A stretch of DNA of 64,000 nt from Takakia lepidozioides (lineage: Eukaryota > Plantae > Bryophyta): NCBI GenBank assembly GCA_030704615.1, contig CM060731.1:61318001-61382000 (forward strand). Direction: 5' to 3'. The position numbers and the translations under genes are program-made. Below, piece after piece: positions 60,886-64,000 of the stretch (its first letter is position 1; each line of letters begins with the position of its first letter). The notes below the pieces were generated by a model. The model was not told where the DNA came from. It did no database searches and saw nothing but the letters and a program-made list of their open reading frames with translations.

Positions 60886-62725
60886 GAGAGTGTGCGGCAC
60901 CGCACACTCTCGCAGCTGTCTGGCCATGTTTGTTTAGGGTTCGCCTTTTGATCCGGGAGAAGCAGGAAAACATCTCTTTCATGTTTCCAAGCAGCCCGCA
61001 GGGTGATATTGCACGTAGCGATTTCACACTCATCTTACTGTCATAGCTCCTGATATGGTTTTCATGTGCAAACGAAGAGACAGGGAAGTGCGAATTAGAG
61101 GATTGTGGATGAAAGAGAGAGTGTGCGGTGCCGCACACTGTCTGTCACCCTTCCATTAGTAGCAATTGTGGAGTGAAAGACAGCCATTGAAATCATGTCG
61201 GTAGAATTCAAGCAACCTGAGATGGCCAGAAGCTGAAAGCAGTGTGCGGCACCGCACACTGTTTCTGCCCCTCCAATTTGGTTCGAAACGATGATCATAA
61301 TACAGGATTCAAACTACTGAGGATGACATATGTGGAAGTTGAAAGCAGTGTGCGGTGCCGCACACTGTTGCTACATGTCGTGAAAGTTGTTTTCTTTGTG
61401 AGATGTAGCAATCCACATCTGTGAACCCAAACTTCAAACATTGTACAATGGACGCATGAAATAGTGTGCGGCGCTGCACACTGTTTGTGCCCCTCTTCTT
61501 TTCTATTTTTTGTTGTTGAAATGTACCCCTCCAGGAGTGTCTTTCAGGCATGAATCACACCTAAGTTGAAGCACGAAACAGTGTGCAGCACCACACACTG
61601 TTTGTGCCCCCCCCGAATCAGTCGAATGTGTTTGAACTGCTGCCCCCAGATCCTCTGTTTGATCCAGCGACCTCTTTCTACAGGGCTTCAATAATATGAC
61701 AATGCTAGCTGGAAATAGTGTGTTGCACCGCACACTATTCCAGCCCCTCATCATTGTTCTTTAAGTCTTTGAAATACAGGCACTTAGCACACTGAAATGT
61801 TAGCACTGTTTGTGCACCTCTTCACTTCATGATTAAAACCAAAATGGAAGCACGAAACAATGTGCGGCACCGCACAATGTTTGTGCCCCCCCGAATCAGT
61901 CGTATGTGTTTGAACTGTTGCCCCCAGATCCTCTGTTTGATCCAGCGACCTCTTTCTACAGGGCTTCAATAATATGGCAATGCTAGCTGGAAACAGTGTG
62001 CAGCACCGCACACTGTTCCAGCCCCTCATCATTGTTCTTTAAGTCTTTGAAATACAGGCACTTAACACATTCTTTTAGGTTCATGGCACACTGAAATGTC
62101 AGCACTGTTTGTGCACCTCTTCACTTCATGAATAAAACCAAAATGGAAGCACGAAACAGTGTGCGGCACCGCACATTGTTTGTGCCCCCTTGAAACAATC
62201 GTATTCGTTTGAACTTTGGCCCCCAGCTCCTCTGGTTGAGTCCAGTCACCTCTGTGTATCCCCCTTGAGTCAGATTGAAATGCTTGATGGAAACATGGCT
62301 TGAACCATATGGAAATGCAAGCTTGAAACAGTGTACGGCACCGCACACTGTTTGAGCTCGTCATCAATGTTCTTTTTTCCTTTCAAATGTAGGCACTTAG
62401 TACACTCTTCCAATCTTCATTCACACTGAAATGTGAGCACGGAACAGTGTGCGGCACCGCACACTATTTGTGCCACTCTTTTCTTTCATTTTTTGCTTCG
62501 AAATGTACCCCTTCTACATTGAGTTTAAGGCCTGCATCACAACAAAATGGATCCACAAAACAGTGTGCGGCACCACACACTGTTTATGCCCCCCCGAAAT
62601 AATCGTTTTATGTTTGAACTGTAACCCCCAGGTCCTCTTTTGGAGTTCACTCACCTCTGTGTATCCCCCTTGAATCATATTGAAATGCATGCTCTAGACA
62701 GTGTACGGCACCGCACACTGTTTGA
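60886..62725. repeat. Array of 14 palindromes CAGTGTGCGG-CA-CCGCACACTG, partly within higher-order tandem duplications
   Basis: Copies near 60888, 61119, 61240, 61346, 61462, 61579, 61717, 61858, 61994, 62157, 62329, 62445, 62561 and 62699. Confidence 0.95.
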
Positions 62726-62757
62726 GCCCCTCTTCAATGTCAATTGTTTGTTTGAAA

Positions 62758-64000
62758 TGTCGTGCGCATACATATCGCTACACAACTACATCGTTGTCCA
62801 AAACCACACAACACATGTGCACACCACACACTAGTATACCACTAGTCCACCACTAGTCCAACCACTAGGCTACAACTAGTCAGTCACTAGGCTGCCACTA
62901 TGCTGCCCACTATGGCAGTCACTAGTCCACACAATGATAACGAAGAAGAATACAAGCACAAGCTCATGCGAGCTCACAAAGCTGAAGCATAAACTCATGC
63001 GAGCTCACAAAGCTGAAGCATAAACTCATGCATATATAACCTCATCACTCAAATACAAGTCAAGCCAAGTGCACCCCACGCCATGGGGAATCCACACTAC
63101 GGCGCCATAGCTAGGCGCGGTGAGGCTCAACTCGAGAAAGATGAGCCTCCCGCGCTTGCCGTGAAGATAACCACTCCAGGGCCTAAATCTGCCTTGACCC
63201 CTGGATTGACACTTGGGCCAATCCCAAATGTCAATATGTAAAAGCTAGCTATTTCCTAGATAGTTTCACACTAGTGGTAAAATAACTTGACAGCTGTCGT
63301 GCGCATACATATCGCTACACAACTACATCGCTGTCCAAAACCACACAACACATGTGCACACCACACACTAGTATACCACTAGTCCACCACTAGTCCAACC
63401 ACTAGGCTACAACTAGTCAGTCACTAGGCTGTCACTATGCTGCCCACTATGGCAGTCACTAGTCCACACAATCGCCCCCCTAGCTGGTGCTTAGGTCCCT
63501 CTAAGTCCAGGTAGCCACAAGATGTGATAGTGACCATAGCCTCACTAAGTCTTCCACCACTATCCCTACTACACTCAAACTCGATAGATCAAGAGGCCGG
63601 GTGCAAGAGTTGCCCCATCGTTAGTCGCCGTCTTGCAACCTGTGAACTTGAGCTTGGGATCTCATGTATTGACTCCTATGAGCTTGGCCTCCCATGTCTT
63701 GTTAGCTGCCTCCAGTCATGTCCACTGCCACTATCCCAAGCAGTGTGGACACAACCAATCTCCGTCAGGAACCTTCTCAAGAGGTGGTGTCAAACATCCC
63801 ATATGCCAACCCCATGAAAGCTCGAACTCGGCTCACATCCGTGGGGCGTGGAATTTGTGCAATGGCCTCTACCTTAGTCTGCTGTACCCCCAATCCTCCA
63901 GGATATATCATGTGACCTAGATACTCAATCTGGTTGTGGAAAAACTTGCATTTCTCGGATGCAACTTCAATCCGTGCGCTCTCAAGCGCTCCAATACCAC
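62758..64000 (-). mobile_element. 3' end of an internally deleted Ty3/Gypsy element: RT C-terminus, PHD-finger tail, PPT and LTR
   Basis: Minus-strand LERLRAHGLKLHP..CKFFHNQIEYLGHMI..VEAI...VRAFMGLA, then CLTPPLEKVPDGDWLCPHCLG* (63799-63731). PPT AGGGGGGCG at about 63473-63482. TG..CA direct repeats of about 176 bp at 62758-62933 and 63295-63470. Confidence 0.85.

Noticed and set aside
60888-60910. Palindrome half-site GTGCGG as an animal GCM consensus (ATGCGGGT) site
   Set aside because: The match is only partial and the copy-1 palindrome does not share it, so it is not enough to assign the binding protein.
60886-62725. CRISPR array
   Set aside because: Spacers are long and irregular (about 85-210 bp) and several are duplicates of each other. 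No cas genes are present and the context is eukaryotic. The same applies to 34466-35212.

Overview
This is eukaryotic land-plant nuclear DNA, probably from a non-seed plant such as a bryophyte (inferred from gene content only). The left third holds host genes: the 3' end of a PLS-class PPR-DYW RNA-editing factor (1-752), an NSP1-like GRAS gene (16.7-18.4 kb, +) and a 5-exon ARM/TPR gene (19.1-23.8 kb, -). A GNA/bulb-type lectin gene lies at 49.1-49.6 kb (-). The rest is mostly nested and decayed transposons: L1-like and other LINEs, Ty3/Gypsy fragments, three solo LTRs with exact target-site duplications (TSDs), an 8-bp-TSD DNA transposon, a hAT MITE and non-autonomous Helitrons. The main candidate for an unusual system is a large Mutator-like element at about 32-45 kb. 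Its WRKY/GCM-type Zn finger + DDE + SWIM transposase is transcribed divergently from a spliced, decayed gene whose reconstructed product has an N-terminal ParB/Srx-like domain (WDGNH[R>stop]L) and a C-terminal beta-class N4/N6 amino-DNA-methyltransferase-like domain. Introns of this partner gene carry arrays of 24-bp palindromes. A diverged second copy (56.8-62.7 kb, opposite orientation) has the same head-to-head layout, with a different 22-bp palindrome array of 14 copies in the equivalent position, which suggests element-specific, parS-like binding sites. All domain calls come from reading motifs by eye; no searches were run, and novelty relative to the literature is not established.
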